Source of the DNA: Laetmonice hystrix
Lineage: Eukaryota
Direction: 5' to 3'
Assembly (NCBI GenBank): GCA_965235115.1
Contig: OZ249436.1
Location: forward strand, 53,880,001-53,944,000
DNA length: 64,000 nucleotides
The first letter of the stretch is position 1. Each line of letters opens with the position of its first letter. The translations under genes and the position numbers were made by a program. Shown here piece by piece: positions 1 through 13,651 of the stretch. The notes beneath the pieces were generated by a model. It was not told where the DNA came from and searched no databases. It saw only the letters and a program-made list of their open reading frames with translations.

Positions 1-158
1 GCATTTGGTAATCGGACGTGTATCTGTCACATTTTGAATAGGATATGCTGAGCTGTTGTGTCAGTATTTCAGACGGTCACATTGCTGGTCCATCCATTGT
101 TCTCCGACCCATTATTTCTGAACTTTGAAATTGTATCCTGTATTTATGTCCAAATATG

Positions 159-423
159 GCAGCGGAATCGGAGTGGAGCCAGGAGGACAGCGGAGCGGAA
201 TCGGAGTGGAGCCAGGAGGACAGCGGAGCGGAATCGGAGTGGAGCCAGGAGGACAGCGGAGCGGAATCGGAGTGGAGCCAGAGGACAGCGGAGCGGAATC
301 GGAGTGGAGCCAGAGGACAGCGGAGCGGAATCGGAGTGGAGCCAAGAGGACAGCGGAGCGGAATCGGAGTGGAGCCAGGAGGACAGCGGAGCGGAATCGG
401 AGTGGAGCCAGAGGACAGCGGAG
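159..423. repeat. Minisatellite, ~33-bp unit (GGACAGCGGAGCGGAATCGGAGTGGAGCCAGGA), about 8 copies with 32/34-bp variants
   Basis: Tandem repeat seen directly; explains the overlapping repetitive ORFs at 58-539. Confidence 0.95.
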
Positions 424-901
424 ATATATTTTTCCACTACCTTTTCTTACATTTTCTTAGTGATTTTTTTGTCTTCTTAATTTTCTTGTGTAAAGTTAAG
501 ATTTGGTTTCCATTAATAGCAAGAGAAAGGGCGCATTAACAGTCAGTCGATGGATTTCTTAGGCCCTATTGCAAAAAAGATATCAGAATCAGAGTGGGCG
601 AGGGCCACCCAACAAAACGGCAACCCCGCTATATATTGTATGTGACATACGAGAAACTCAGTCCCACAGAGCTGTGGTCGGCCTAGCAGGTGCGTCTCGC
701 ATTGCGGTGCCAGAAGGGACTACATATAATAACTGCTGCAGATATAAGAGACCACAGAGCCAAAGGGAGGAAGGCCGGCTTCCTGTAGATATGGAATCAC
801 CGATTTATTCGTGGGCGTAAACTACATGTACATCAGAATCTGTAGGGGGCCTATACACAACGGTAAATGCAACGCGAGTGTTTCACGGATACCTCGTCAA
901 A

Positions 902-959
902 ATCTTATCTTGGGTATGATATCTTATCTTGGGTATGATATCTTATCTTGGGTATGATA
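902..959. repeat. 19-bp tandem repeat (ATCTTATCTTGGGTATGAT) x3
   Basis: Seen directly. Confidence 0.9.
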
Positions 960-1015
960 CGCGTTGATATTGAAAACAGAATATTTAGACATAGGGTCTA
1001 TTCCTGCATCAGCTA

Positions 1016-1046
<31 letters not shown>

Positions 1047-2406
1047 ATCTTTAAAATATAGGCGACAGTGAAGCTGAAGCTAAATATAAGATACAATATT
1101 ATTCTTGACTTTTACTAAAATGACACCTTCCAAGGGGTATACACATAAACCTGAAAATAAAAGAAGTCTGGATTGAACAACTTTCCAATTACCCACAAAT
1201 TAAGAAATCCTGGATCTGATCCAAATTAGCCAACATGCTAATATGGACCGGTGTCTGGTTAAATTATTGGTCCATCGTATATCTTGGTTTGATTAGGCAT
1301 ACGCCTCGTTTGTATTACTTACTTTGCTATATACATGTGCGCATTAAAATGCAAATTTTAAAAAGGCTGTTACATGATCACTGAAACCTAACAGAAAACT
1401 AATATGATAAGTGCTTGTATAGACATTACTATGCATATCACCGGTCCAATTTAGCCTCCCGCCCCTGCTGGTTCAATTTAGCATTTGCATAGCCTATATT
1501 CTGGATCACGTGTGTGTTGAATACGTAACAAGATTTTAAGAAGTAAATCTGGTATAAAACGTAGCCTACTTTAACATGAGAGTGATCTCAACTGATCAAA
1601 GCGATGGCCCTCACAGTTTCTTATAGAGAATACCCATATATTAACACGAAGATATTACATCAGACCCCACAAAAAGTGTTGTCTTGTTTGGCCTCTAGGC
1701 CACTGGTGAAAATTATCGGCTGGTCCAAATTACCCAGCTTTCCCCTACTGCATTAGGCCTAGACCTAGCCCAACCTTTTAAACACACCAAACACCAGTAA
1801 CCCATCACCCCTGCTGACTTTGATCAATCCGAACCCCACGGTACGACGCTAGGTTAGCAATACGATCGAGTGATGAAATCGGCCTACTGGAAGGTTGTCA
1901 CTTAAGGCAGAAACGGCTGGTGTGACAGGAATCCAATTCCCCCTTCAGGAGTGAACTGACGGACCTGCATTCCTTGGCCTTAAAGTCCATGATGTAATTG
2001 TTGTATTATTTAGGCTAAATATTTCTTCATGATCCCATCCCTAATCCTAACCTTAACCCTAATCCATTTGTATTTTCTTTATTATATTGTCTTATACCAC
2101 GAAGTTGATGACCTAGGACCTGTATGACCAAGAAATCAAGGGCCGGCGGACCTCCATTCCGGCGGAGTTACATTCCACGAGATGTGCCATGAGATCATGC
2201 TCGCAGCCACCTAGTGGCAAGCATACTATACTGTCTTAATAACTACGACAATCTAGCTGCTGTAGCCTCACCTCACCAGGTGGCGCCAGGTATTTCCTAA
2301 AACTGGACTTACGGAACTCCTAGTACTGTTACACGGCTCACTCCGCCAGGGGGCTAGAGATCTCCCTCCCCCTAGCGGGAGAACAGTGAAACAGTTAGCA
2401 TGGAAG

Positions 2407-2502
2407 TAGCCTGGTTCCCCTGCCCGCCGCTACGCTCCTTGGTGCTGATGGTCGCGACCATCAGCGCCAAAGAGCGTAGCGGCGGGCAGGGGAACCAGGC
2501 TA
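2407..2502. mobile_element. Near-perfect ~96-bp palindromic MITE (TAGCCTGGTTCCCC...GGGGAACCAGGCTA)
   Basis: Arms pair over nearly the whole length with about 2 mismatches around a GTCGCGAC centre; termini resemble those of the elements at 20072 and 21002. No clean TSD. Confidence 0.75.
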
Positions 2503-3619
2503 CCCCAAAAGCAGAACGCTGAAAAACGAGACCATCGCTTTAACACGGAACGCCATACGTGTCACCAGGTGTCGCCACATAGAATTGCAATGGAATTCCC
2601 TGATCCAACACCAGGGTATTTTTACAATTTTCAGAAGGATATATTGTTTCTTTAAAATGATGAGGTACCACTAAAGAAAAGGAAAAGGGACAACTTAATT
2701 TAGAAGTGCCTCTATATAATAGGTCTAAAGGTATTTGAAACCAGAGACGAGACCCTGTTGTCAGAATCACTGACCACTTTCCCACAGCGCCCCCACCCCA
2801 CCCCGTTATCAGGAACCACAACAAACAAAACATAACGAACTAATTTTTTAGTAATATTTAATATATTACATCGAATCAATGACCCCAAGCAGGGCAATTT
2901 GTAGATTCGGACAAAGCACTGAATTACATTAAACAAATGTCCGGGTAGAAAACAGCTGTCAGCCTTCTTCAGCTGAAGTCATATAAAAAAAAATTGTGGG
3001 TTATTCTTCACAGAAAGATATGGCACATTTCAACATTCCATGACATCTGTCTGTCAAACATTCCGCCCTGTAGTAACAGAAACAAAATAAAAATATACTA
3101 CGTAAATCTACAACCAGAGAAACTGATAACCGTTTTAGGTTGAGAGGGCATTATATCTCTCAAACAATAAATATACACTTTCCCACAGTCCAATGAAGAA
3201 TGTGCGTTTCTCTATCTAGCCTTTCACGGTAAGCAAACTGCTGTGGGGAAAGGTTAAGCATGCTTTGTTATGATTTGGGTCTCTTTTTAACAAACGTTTG
3301 AGTATCTCTTGAAGAGGTATCTCCGCAATCGTATTGTTCTATGAGTTCACTATTGCGCTTTTGCTTTGGCCTTCTAAGGTAACAAAAAACAGCCCAGAGA
3401 CCAAAAACCCTCGCTGTCTATATTCAATAGCGACTACGGATAATGATGATGAAATGATAAGATGAAACCTTCCCCAAGGTCAAAAAAATGGCAAGTACTG
3501 CACTATATGCTATGCCGCACGGACATAGCTGAACACGCCTGTAACCTGGATTATAACCCAGTTATACTGACCAGGGCACCATGAATGGATCAGTTTTAGC
3601 TTACAGCTCCCAAACTTCA

Positions 3620-3800
3620 CGTCACTTCGTCTCTTACAAGGAGCAAGGACTTCTCCGCTTCTTCAGATTAGAGTTATCGCTGCTCTCTAAAAAATGTAAT
3701 GAGGAACTCTTTTCAATTTTCAAGTGTTTTTTGAATGTACTACTTTCGAGAGGTTACGCCCTTGATTTGAACTTCAATGGTGATCAAAAGACCAGAGCTA
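3620..3800 (+). pseudogene. Possible degraded Penelope-like reverse-transcriptase C-terminal fragment
   Basis: Translation GLLRFFR...CNEELF...FLNVLLSRGY resembles the LR..R.CS...F......L..RGY pattern I recall from Penelope-like elements; pattern recall only, no alignment done. Confidence 0.3.
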
Positions 3801-4971
3801 ATGAGACAAAGGAGAAGCAAAGTATAATTGTTTCCCCTACGCCAAACTTTATGCCTCTCCATAAGCGTTTTTCCACGACTCGCCCTGAATTTGAGCGACC
3901 TTTCCATGGCGTCTTGAGGTCCCACATGAAGTCGCACAATCACATGAGTACATACAAATGTATTATATACACGGTATTCCCTACTCGTAATTCGTGAACT
4001 ATTTTCTATATGCCCAGCTTGATTTGGCCCTTAAAGCCATTGATAAGTGAAAGGCCAGCTGCCAATTGAAACTCCCTGGGGTACATTAAATTATTAATCA
4101 TACCAGGAGGGTTCGACCTTTCAAATAAATGATACAATGACCATAACCTGACTGGGTGGCGTTTTCAAGGACTAGGCTCAAGTCGGTGAACTGCCGTGAC
4201 GTTACGGGTAAGAATACTATCCCCACGGCTGGATCACTCCCACACCATAGCGTTAGAAAAAGGGAAGTCCTTCCACTGGACTATTCGGCAGCTTGCTGAT
4301 TTGTGCCAAGGACGGCGAACTATACTACATAAAAGTTGTGCAAAGTCAATTTTAGACACCAAAATATGAACGCGATGGAAACATATCTATTACCAGGACT
4401 TCCATATAATTTTTATGATTTCCAGGAATTCCAGGCTTACATCACGCATGACATTTTCCAATCTAAAATTCCATGACTTTCCCAGGTTTTCATACAATTC
4501 TGGTTATGGCTACACTGCCACACTTTTCAGATACGACCTAGAACTTAGAACTTTAGATTTACCCATACTGAGTCTCACGACAAAACAAAACATAAAGCAC
4601 CCCCCCCCCCCCCAAAAAAAAAAAAAAAAAAAAAAAAAAAACTACTTTTTATAACCAAAATATTCATTAATGAATGTCATTAATGATTTTTTCTGTTATT
4701 GATGAAAGGGTAATAAGAACTATATATCCATAAACCAAACTTCGCGCCCCCCAGAAAGTCTCACTACAATGATACATTATTAGTGAGAGCATGAGTCGCA
4801 GCATAACTAGCCAGAGACGTTGGCACTAAGGGATATTGACTGTGCTGAGCACCTGTCGAAAATACAGGCAAAACTTATATAAATTTATCAGCATCTCTCC
4901 GATTTGAAAAGTGCGAGGTCAGAACCGCTCAACCAGCAGATTCCAACAGGCTTACATGTTATAAGAATACA

Positions 4972-4977
4972 TTTATT
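4972..4977 (-). terminator. Candidate polyadenylation signal (AATAAA) for SLC25A38
   Basis: AATAAA on the minus strand ~730 nt past the stop codon; position-based inference. Confidence 0.4.
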
Positions 4978-5709
4978 TTCACAGTTATGCAGCTCTTCTC
5001 TGATCTACTCTATACCATAGTATTCACACTCAGGCGGGCAATGGCAGTGAAGCTGTTTGGTGTCTGGTTTTACGGACATATTTTTTGGATGCCTTTGTTA
5101 TGCCATCATACCAATTTATCCTGCATAAAATTTGCTCATTATTAATCCTGGATGGCAATGTCCATACTAGGTACGGTAACAGGTGGTATGTTTGGTGATG
5201 TCAAAGTTCTATGCATTAAAATATGCATAAATATAAACTGACCCCGAAAGATCATCATCAGCGTGCAATAGGTGAGATGCTATCCAAATCACCTTTCAAC
5301 TTTCCAGCAAAAAAGGCACTTATAATATTAAGCAAAATGAACATATACAACTACCAGGGAGGTAAATCCTTACAATACCAGTTCACAAAATATCCTGCTT
5401 GTTGTAAATTTATTTACATCAAGCATATTTTCTACACGTCTTAGTTGTAGCACAAATTCACTTCTCAGTCTCAGGAAGATTATTTACATGTCAGAGAAGT
5501 TCACAATTCCTTGTCACACCAAATCGGGTTGCACGATTTGTTTCTAATTACAGTTTTTGTGCTGACCTCTGAAGAAGTCAGGACGGGCACCGGGAAGTCC
5601 CATTCATCAAATAATCACTGGATGATGAATGCTTCTTGTTTCCTTTCATCAAGTTCTGTCACTTTCCATTATGGCCAAACTTTGTACAGAAGATACCTGC
5701 GTCGTTACC

Positions 5710-8700
5710 CTACTTTAGGCCGGCACTCTTCATCACCTAGCAACAGAAAGTAAGCCAATGAGTAACAGAACAACTGTTTATCCATTGAATAGATCTGGGT
5801 TCGACATGCAGGCTTTTCAAGAACTTTATCTATTTATAACGTTGCATTTCTTCTTCCAAGCCCTTATATTCATTGACATTGTATTAAGCAAAATTCGCAA
5901 AATCTTTGCTTATCTCTTCAGCTTCGACAGATTTCTTAGAGGAATAATAATCTGCATACAAGATGAAATCTCAAAATGGACTTGAAAAAAAAGGAAATTG
6001 TATTGTTGGTACCTGTTCAAATACAGTCCATGCCATTGCTGCCATCAGCGTTCGACGAAGTGTGCGGGGGATCACACCTCTCACAAAACCAACTGTTCCA
6101 TCGTGCTGTAATGAAAATTACCACACTGAAGCTGTGAATGTGCCATACAGTAGAAGAAAGTGTTTTCTATTTTCTTAATAATAGCATACACATAAACCTC
6201 CAGAGAATTCTTCTTAATACTCTCTGACTTGCCCTACTCATATCTGGAGTTGCCAGAAATTTTTGACAGCGTAGTGGTCAAACCAAGTGCAGAGCCCTGG
6301 TTAGGGGTACGGGAGGGGCGACGCCCCCCCCCCCCCCCCCCCCAGTTCTGGTAATTTAGGCTATATTAGTGGTAAATACAAACAAATATGGCCGCCCTAT
6401 GTACAGATGAGTACGATTTCGACATGTTCGAACGACATTTTACCAGTATTCCTGTGGGTTCTGTTGAATTTAGACAAAGCTTTACCGCTACGCTGTTCAA
6501 GAGACAACGTAACGGCCTAATAGACAGCGTAATTTCCCTGATAGACAGCGTAGCGGCCCGCTACGCTGAAAATGGCTGGCGAGAACCCTGGTTTAAACAC
6601 TGAACAGCCAGTTCACTATAAGAGTTTGTTGGCTAGCTGCTGTTTACTAAATCTTATAAATCATCAACCATAGAACAATAGGGGCCTAGAATATAAGAAC
6701 ATAATATAGAATAAAAGTATAAAATAGGACATGGTGAAACATATCCTCTCCGTCTTGACACGAAATTGAAAATTCCAATGGATTTCTGCTTGCCAATTTT
6801 TGGTCAAATGGAGTGTGGCATAGATGCATTTGATATATAAACCGAAAGGTATGCAAATGTACAATCCACAACGTATGAACAGTGACAGAGTGAAGGGACA
6901 TTGCACGTCCAGGAGGTGTTTGCGCTTTGAACCACCAGGGGTCGCTCTCAGCAATACTCTACTTTTCCAGGTAAACACCAGAGGGAGACACAAAGGCCTC
7001 TTCAGGCATAGGTCATTCGGAGGACGAAAATTTGGATCATCCAAATCAAGAAGACCTAAAGAACCATGTCATAAAATGACATTCTGAAGGTTCACCCTCT
7101 GACTTATTCATTTATAATAAACTAATGGAAGTAATGTTGGTTCCTTAGTGCACCATATAGACTCATGCGCATAGAAACTCTGCAACCTATATTTCATTAC
7201 AAATCATGGGAAACAGGACAATTGGGGATTTGGCAACTAGAATATATTTCTCAGAGTAACAAAAGAATTTTTTCCTTTAGGTGCATCCCCACCTAGATCA
7301 GTCAAATGTAACGATTCCAAAATGAAATAACATCAAAACATTCAACTCAATGGAAAATGGACACAACACTCTATAGCAGTCAACATTTGTACCAGTATAT
7401 CTTTATGGCCAGCATTGTAAACTGCTGTATCGAGTAAACGAATGACATGTACATGTAATAAATGAAGGCGTCCATTTTATAATGGTACATGTAAACACAC
7501 TCTTACCTTGTAAACATGGATGATTGCAGTCCTTATATTTGCAAATTTATCTGGATACAGTTGCATGTGCGTTTTGATTACATCTGCTGGCTGAGTCACA
7601 ATAGAAGCAGCACATCCTGCTACAATGCCACACATAAAATGGTAGAGAGGATGCTGACCTTCATACAGTCCACCTAGAACAGTAGAAGATGAAAAATTCT
7701 CAACATTAATTTTTTTTCACAATCTCATCTGATGTCATCAAACCACCTTAGTCACGACTACAAACCATGCACTGTTTATAGAAAACAACCATGAGTTTCT
7801 ACTGGCCAACCTACTGCAAACATAGTGAAAAAACAGGATCGAAGGGCCCGTTCAGGGATGAGAACGGCTAACAATGGAAAATGCGGAAACGTCAATGATA
7901 TTATATATTATAATACTGACAGGGGAAAACACACAAATCTGCAGATCTGCGGAAGATTCTCATCCCTGCCATTTTAACTGTTGGAACTAGTTTTATACAC
8001 GTATTAGGTCCCGCATATTGTCATCCACAACCTAACTGTAAGTGCCTATAACAATGCCCAATCTCTATTTTCAGCAGACAGATCAATAATCTGGAGTACT
8101 GTCCTTTGAAAGAACTCCCATGCAACAAATGTATGCCCTTGGCTTGAGTGAACCTTTCAAAGTCAGACAGTTTGTACTTATTTTGTATTCCTTTCATACA
8201 GAAAGAAGTTTCTCATTTTGATCTGTAATTTTTCCTGCACCTGTATAAATTTGAACATGGTGAGTACTATTATCCATCAGGACTCACTAAATGTCCATGC
8301 CAGTATTTAAGCAGTTGTAATAGCATTCAGATAACAAGCATCAATACACCCTCAGCATGGGAAAAGTGTTCAAGATTAAATCATCAATATAAAAAACATA
8401 ACTTACTAGTTCTAACATATTTCTTGGTTTGTGTGTAGAACATCAGATACAGGCCCGAAAATGGAGCATCCCGAAGAAGAGTTGCAGCCAAACCACTGTA
8501 CAAGCCTGTAAATAAGAATTATACTTAACTAATTATACTAAATGAACTAACTCATGGTTCTACTAGGAATCAATCATGACTTTTTTTTAACTTCCAACTC
8601 TGCCAATTTTAAATATTACCAAATGTTTTTGGTGGATGAACGTCAAAACTCACAAACTAAACATAATGTTGTATACTGATAAATGATAGAATCACCAATG

Positions 8701-11700
8701 TACTATGAGAAGTCTTACCTTTGGCTCCTTCTCCTTTGTATATACTTGTCAAGGCCTGCAAAACTCCGCTATACTTAAAGAATCCACTCTGAAATGAGTA
8801 AAAAGAGACAAATGGCTCATGATGCCTTGCTCATGGAGAAGGGTGGCTTAAAAAAGAATTTTGGGTAGGCCTATGACACTCTGGTCTCACAAAAAGTAAT
8901 TCTCGGCAGATTGTTCACCTGTACATGTATGAAGGGATATATCGTGGATTTCAGGAGAGCATGGCACTCATATCCAAAAAAAGGGCACTATGTGTCGAAG
9001 GGGCATTTGAACACACAAAGTCTTCTAAGGCACAGGGCACAGTCCAGAGATGAATTAACTGCATGTTAATTGATCAGCTCAAGTCCGACATTGGTTCTTC
9101 TGTGCATCCGATGTCAAAATAATTTAACAAATAATTCAAACCTTCCTTCCCCTATGATCTGTGGTTATGCCTCATTAAAATATAATCTTTCTTTACCAGT
9201 AGTATACACTTAAAACTGCACAGTCAATTCGCAGCAGTCACTGGGCATGTGTGGCAGTATTATAACTAATATAAGGGCACCACCGGCAGATCTTTGTTCT
9301 TATAAAGGCACCAGTGGGCTTTTGGGGGAAAAAAGGGCATGGATGGCGGAGCGTGTCGGGGGCATGGCAGGCCACCGTTCCAAATCGGCCTAGATATACC
9401 CCTATGTATACATATAAAAGAATGTTGTTTTGTGTTTTTAAAGTTTGTTTCCCATATGCCGACACGAAATCAGCATGGCCTTGCCAAAAATATCTACCTC
9501 AATATAGCAAGGTTCCTTCAAGAAACAACCATATCACTGTCAAAGCACCCACAGGACAGGACTTTTATCTAAGGATATGAAAATATGGCAAGTATTTTTT
9601 CAAGGTACAGTCCATCTTGAAAATGTCTGATCGTTATCTGATATGGTAAAGGCAAATAAAAAATATTGCCAGGTGAAACTTAATAAATATTAATTTAAAC
9701 ATTCTTTTTACCACTACATAATAGCAATATACAGTGAACCTAAAGGTCATTCGGAGCCTCTCAAGAGGCAGGCAAATTTCCCGTTTTGAAAAAGCATGCT
9801 GTAGCTTAGTTTACAGTACCGTACATGTATGTACACAAAGCAGTCATCCTGCAGATGGGCACTTTTTAAAAATACAGGTTGATCTTTGCCAGAGTTAAAA
9901 TCTCGAGCAGCTGGACACAGAGATGTGGCTGAAATTTGTCCAACTCCTTATTACGGCGACTAGATGGGGAGATTCATGACCAGTGCATTTTCCTTTTTTT
10001 CTGTTCCACACTGTAAATTCCATTTCAGATAGGAAATTCCACCACTGTCCATGATTCTGTAAATTGACTGCCACTACTCATCGTGAAGACACAAGAGATC
10101 TAGGTCATCTTTTCTGTGGGGCAAGGAATCCTGGGGCCCACATTCTTGACCCCATGTAAACCACAGAAGTTCAACTAAGCCTAAGGCCAAATTAAAGTTA
10201 AAAACTTCATTTCCTGACATATATTAAATGTATTTGACAAACATTAAATTTTACTCATCCACATTTTTATTCATCTCACCTCAACAGGGCCCTGGATTTC
10301 GAATGCTGTGCGAGGGTTATGGTCCAATATGACTGATGGGCATTGGCACAATCCCTAAAGCCTGATCTCTTTACTTGCCTCGTATCGTGTCTTGACAACT
10401 GTAAAGGGCAGCATGGAGATTCCAGAGACAGACCTTGCCAGAGCTCCTATACACATAGACTCCAATGGTGGAGGATCAGCACTCCTAAACAGAATGATAC
10501 ATTTCATAGTGGCATCCCTGTTAAAAACATACCTCCATATCAAAAACCATTCAACATCTCATTTAATTAAAGTTAAATGTAACATTTGCCTTTTTCTTTA
10601 AATAACAATGTATGAAACCACTTTACCTCAACCAGATAAGCCTAACCTTAATGAACAATGTAATTTAGCAAAATTTGGAGACTTCATGTGTCAATGCTGT
10701 CTGCAAAGTATTAAAATATATTTAATTTAAGAATTTCTCCATATCATCTGACCAGATGAACCTACCCTAGGTTGGTTCTCATCCAGTGTAGAGAGCAGAA
10801 GTATACACCAATGCCCGGCACAGTTCGAGTAAGGGACTGGTAAGAAAATTAAACAGCAATGAATCGATAGAGTCTAGATAGTTTTCAAAAATACAGATTA
10901 TATTGCATGTGATCAAACCATGACCCAACCACAATGAAATCTGGTTAGTGCAATAAACTTGTACAGCAAAAGGATTGGCAATACTAACACAAAACAGATG
11001 ATTAATAAAATTCGAAACAAACTTATGTGGTTAACAGTAATATGTATTTTTTTGTAATGTATACTCACTGGTACAACTCCCCTCCAGAGGCCTACAATCT
11101 TTTCATTCCTGATGACACTCACGATGACTGCTAACACCCCAGAGGGGCTCTTCCTGTAACAATTCAAGTTGTAACTGATTGTTACTCTAGACCTGTCAGT
11201 ACAACTTCCATACTAATCATCCCTCTTTATACACTCTGTACTTCACACTTAACTTAGTACTTACTCTGCATGAAAACTGCTTTTCAAAATATGATTACTA
11301 CTCCTCCTTCCCTGCAAGCTAGTGCGTCTAGTACTATACTGGGTACGATAACAGTTTATGAGACAACTTTTAAAATGTTAAAGTAAATATTACTGGTATA
11401 TTCTGCCTGTATTCCTACTGCATGATGCATTATGCTCTTAACCTATTTAAACCAAACTAAAATATAAGAGTGGCTGCCGGCTTGAATCAGCCATGTCGGA
11501 TCACTACTATCTTGATCAAATTAATTAGGATTTTTGAGTCAACAAATGCCAATAAAAAGTCCTGAATTTTAAATACCGCGTTGAAAACCAAATAAAAATT
11601 CCATGTGCACCAGTAACAGATATGCAATTGCAACACCTTGGCCTTTCCGTACGCAAAACACCTCGAATGTATTTCGGGCGCTGCCATGTTGAAACATGTT

Positions 11701-13413
11701 TTGTTTCTGGACAATGCCAAACTCCATGACTGTTTGTTCCTTGAAATTGTTGGAATTTGGTAGGTTAATAACAAATATCCTAATGGTCAATGTACGTCAG
11801 TTCCTATGCTACAGCATAGGAACTGATGTCTATAAATAGCACAGGCCTCGAATTAGAAGTTTACAGGGGCACGGCAAAAACTGCCGTCGATACATTAGAA
11901 ACACCATAAGATTTTTAAAGGGCACAGCGGCAAATTTAGTTACCATACATGGAAAATGCCGTCGATGCCGTCGTGTAATTCGAGGCCTGATAGCACATTG
12001 ACCGTTAGCACGGCCAGCCAAGCACACAATGCTGAAGGATGAGACTGTCGCTTTAACTGATCACACTTGCAATTCTTTTAACTTACCCTATGGCCACTGG
12101 TGACTGCAAACGAGTCTTCACCAAGTCCAATGGTTGAAAGATGATAGTTGTGCATGTACCACTCACAGAGCCAGCCAGGAATGACTTGACAAGCGGTGAC
12201 TAAATGAATAATGATAAAAAAAAAAGCTGTACATTACAAGGGCCTTAAAAGCATGATGCAATGACACTGTGACAGCACTGAGCTAAAGCCGGTGTCACAC
12301 AGCATGATATATTCCTTCCTATCCTCCGATTGAAACTTTGGAGTAACTTTCAGAAAGTGTGTGTGGGCCTCTCTGAAAGTGAAAAGTGTCACTTTCACCA
12401 AGGTGGACGAAAAGTGCATGAGAAAAGTGGAGTTAAAGCTATACTTTGTGGAAAGTAGGGCTAAAGTGAAGGCGGTGCATACTAAGGTCAGGTTCGGCCT
12501 CTAAACAATAGGAAACCATGCAGTATTGACCCTGTATTCGATAGTATTCGGTAGAATTGACCCTGTATTAGGTATTATTCGGTACCAAATACTAGTATTC
12601 GGTAGTGTTCGGTACCAAAAACTAGTATTTGGTAGTATTCGGTATCCTTATGTGCATTAGGAAGCCGAATACTACCAAATACTAGCAGTATTGACCCTGT
12701 ATTCGGTAGTATTCGGTAGTATTGAGTACTATTGACCCTGTATTAGGTAGTACATGTATTCGGTACCAAACTAGTTTTCGGTTTTCTTATGCACCGTGCA
12801 CCCGGAGATTACAGACCGGCAGAGAAAACAGACCGCGACACCGGCAACCGGGCATCACTGTATGATGGCAAAAACATTATAATTATAATTTATAGGCCTC
12901 GTTCCCCCTAAAACATATGATAAATATGACCATTACTGGAATTGGGGGGGGGGGGGGGGGCTGGAGCTCCCTTTTACCAGCCTGAGTTGAGGTTTAATTA
13001 TACACTGGGAAGTTAGAACTTGGATCCACAACACAACTGTCACTGTCAGGACTGTCAGGTTTGGCCTAGGCTATGCCTATGTTATTGTTATGTAGGCAGG
13101 CTCAATCAATTCCATTTTGTCCCCCCCCCCCCCTAAATTTAATGGAAAAAATAACAGCATATCCTGCAATGAGAAACAACATTTGCCTAAACAAATCCCG
13201 ATAACACGCCACACAGGCTCCACACACATACACTGCACTATGCAACACAGTCTAGTCTGGGAGGGGATTGAACCAGTTGCAACCGGTTTCATTCAGGTTC
13301 GACCCTGCCCACCTATGCAAAACGCCGCGGGATCGCTGCACTTTGCACATCATGTTTCTATCGTGTGTCCAATGATATTTCAAGTCAGTACTTACGCTCA
13401 GATAAGACTCCAT
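5710..13413 (-). CDS. SLC25A38: Mitochondrial glycine transporter SLC25A38 (~282 aa from ATG 13413; an in-frame ATG at 13455 would add 14 aa)
   Basis: Coding exons (minus): 13413-13396, 12199-12087, 11153-11069, 10836-10766, 10484-10379 (GC donor), 8788-8719, 8505-8407, 7673-7507, 6105-6013, 5736-5710; all phases compatible. Three carrier signatures ([33 protein letters not shown]) plus SLC25A38-typical [15 protein letters not shown] and [15 protein letters not shown]...GLK*. Confidence 0.95.
11842..11989. mobile_element. MITE, TIR CAGGCCTCGAATTA, 6-bp TSD ATAGCA, in SLC25A38 intron 2
   Basis: 14-bp TIRs; ATAGCA at 11836-11841 and 11990-11995. Confidence 0.8.
12473..12796. mobile_element. 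MITE-like element with internal GTATTCGGTA/GTATTGACCCT repeats
   Basis: CGGTGCATA...TATGCACCG termini enclosing many ~10-bp subrepeats; SLC25A38 intron 1. Confidence 0.55.
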
Positions 13414-13513
13414 CGTTTTCTTCAATTCAGTGCCCAATACTTTATGTGAGGACATAAGGAACTCGCTTGTAAACAAGATATCGCGACTGTTGTAAACAGC
13501 TTGGCTCGCACTA

Positions 13514-13651
13514 TCAAACACATGGCAATGTTACTGTAAACCGTAGTGGAGAAGCCACCACCTCACTGCCCAACATTTAGGGCTTTATACCGCTTGCTGT
13601 GTCCGTGTAGTCCGAATAATAGATTTCATTAACACGATATAAGTCCTCCAT
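13514..13651 (-). promoter_or_regulatory. Two back-to-back candidate uORFs upstream of SLC25A38 (24 aa 13651-13577; 20 aa 13576-13514)
   Basis: AAAATGG-initiated MEDLYRVNEIYYSDYTDTASGIKP* followed immediately (TAA ATG) by MLGSEVVASPLRFTVTLPCV*. Depends on the TSS lying upstream of 13651. Confidence 0.4.

Noticed and set aside
58..539. Five overlapping ORFs of 77-140 aa, and possible CRISPR-like periodicity
   Set aside because: Head-to-tail 33-bp minisatellite with no unique spacers; the ORFs are artefacts of a stop-free repeat.
2035..2066. CCCTAA-like telomeric hexamers
   Set aside because: Only about 4 degenerate units; common inside invertebrate repeats.
13255..13295. GGTTCAATCCC B-box/tRNA-like motif (minus); similar GGTTCGATT near 43076
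   Set aside because: No cloverleaf or matching A-box found; at most SINE debris.
13555..13580. CAGTGA in the SLC25A38 leader as a possible iron-responsive element loop
   Set aside because: The flanks do not form the required 5-bp upper stem with a bulged C.
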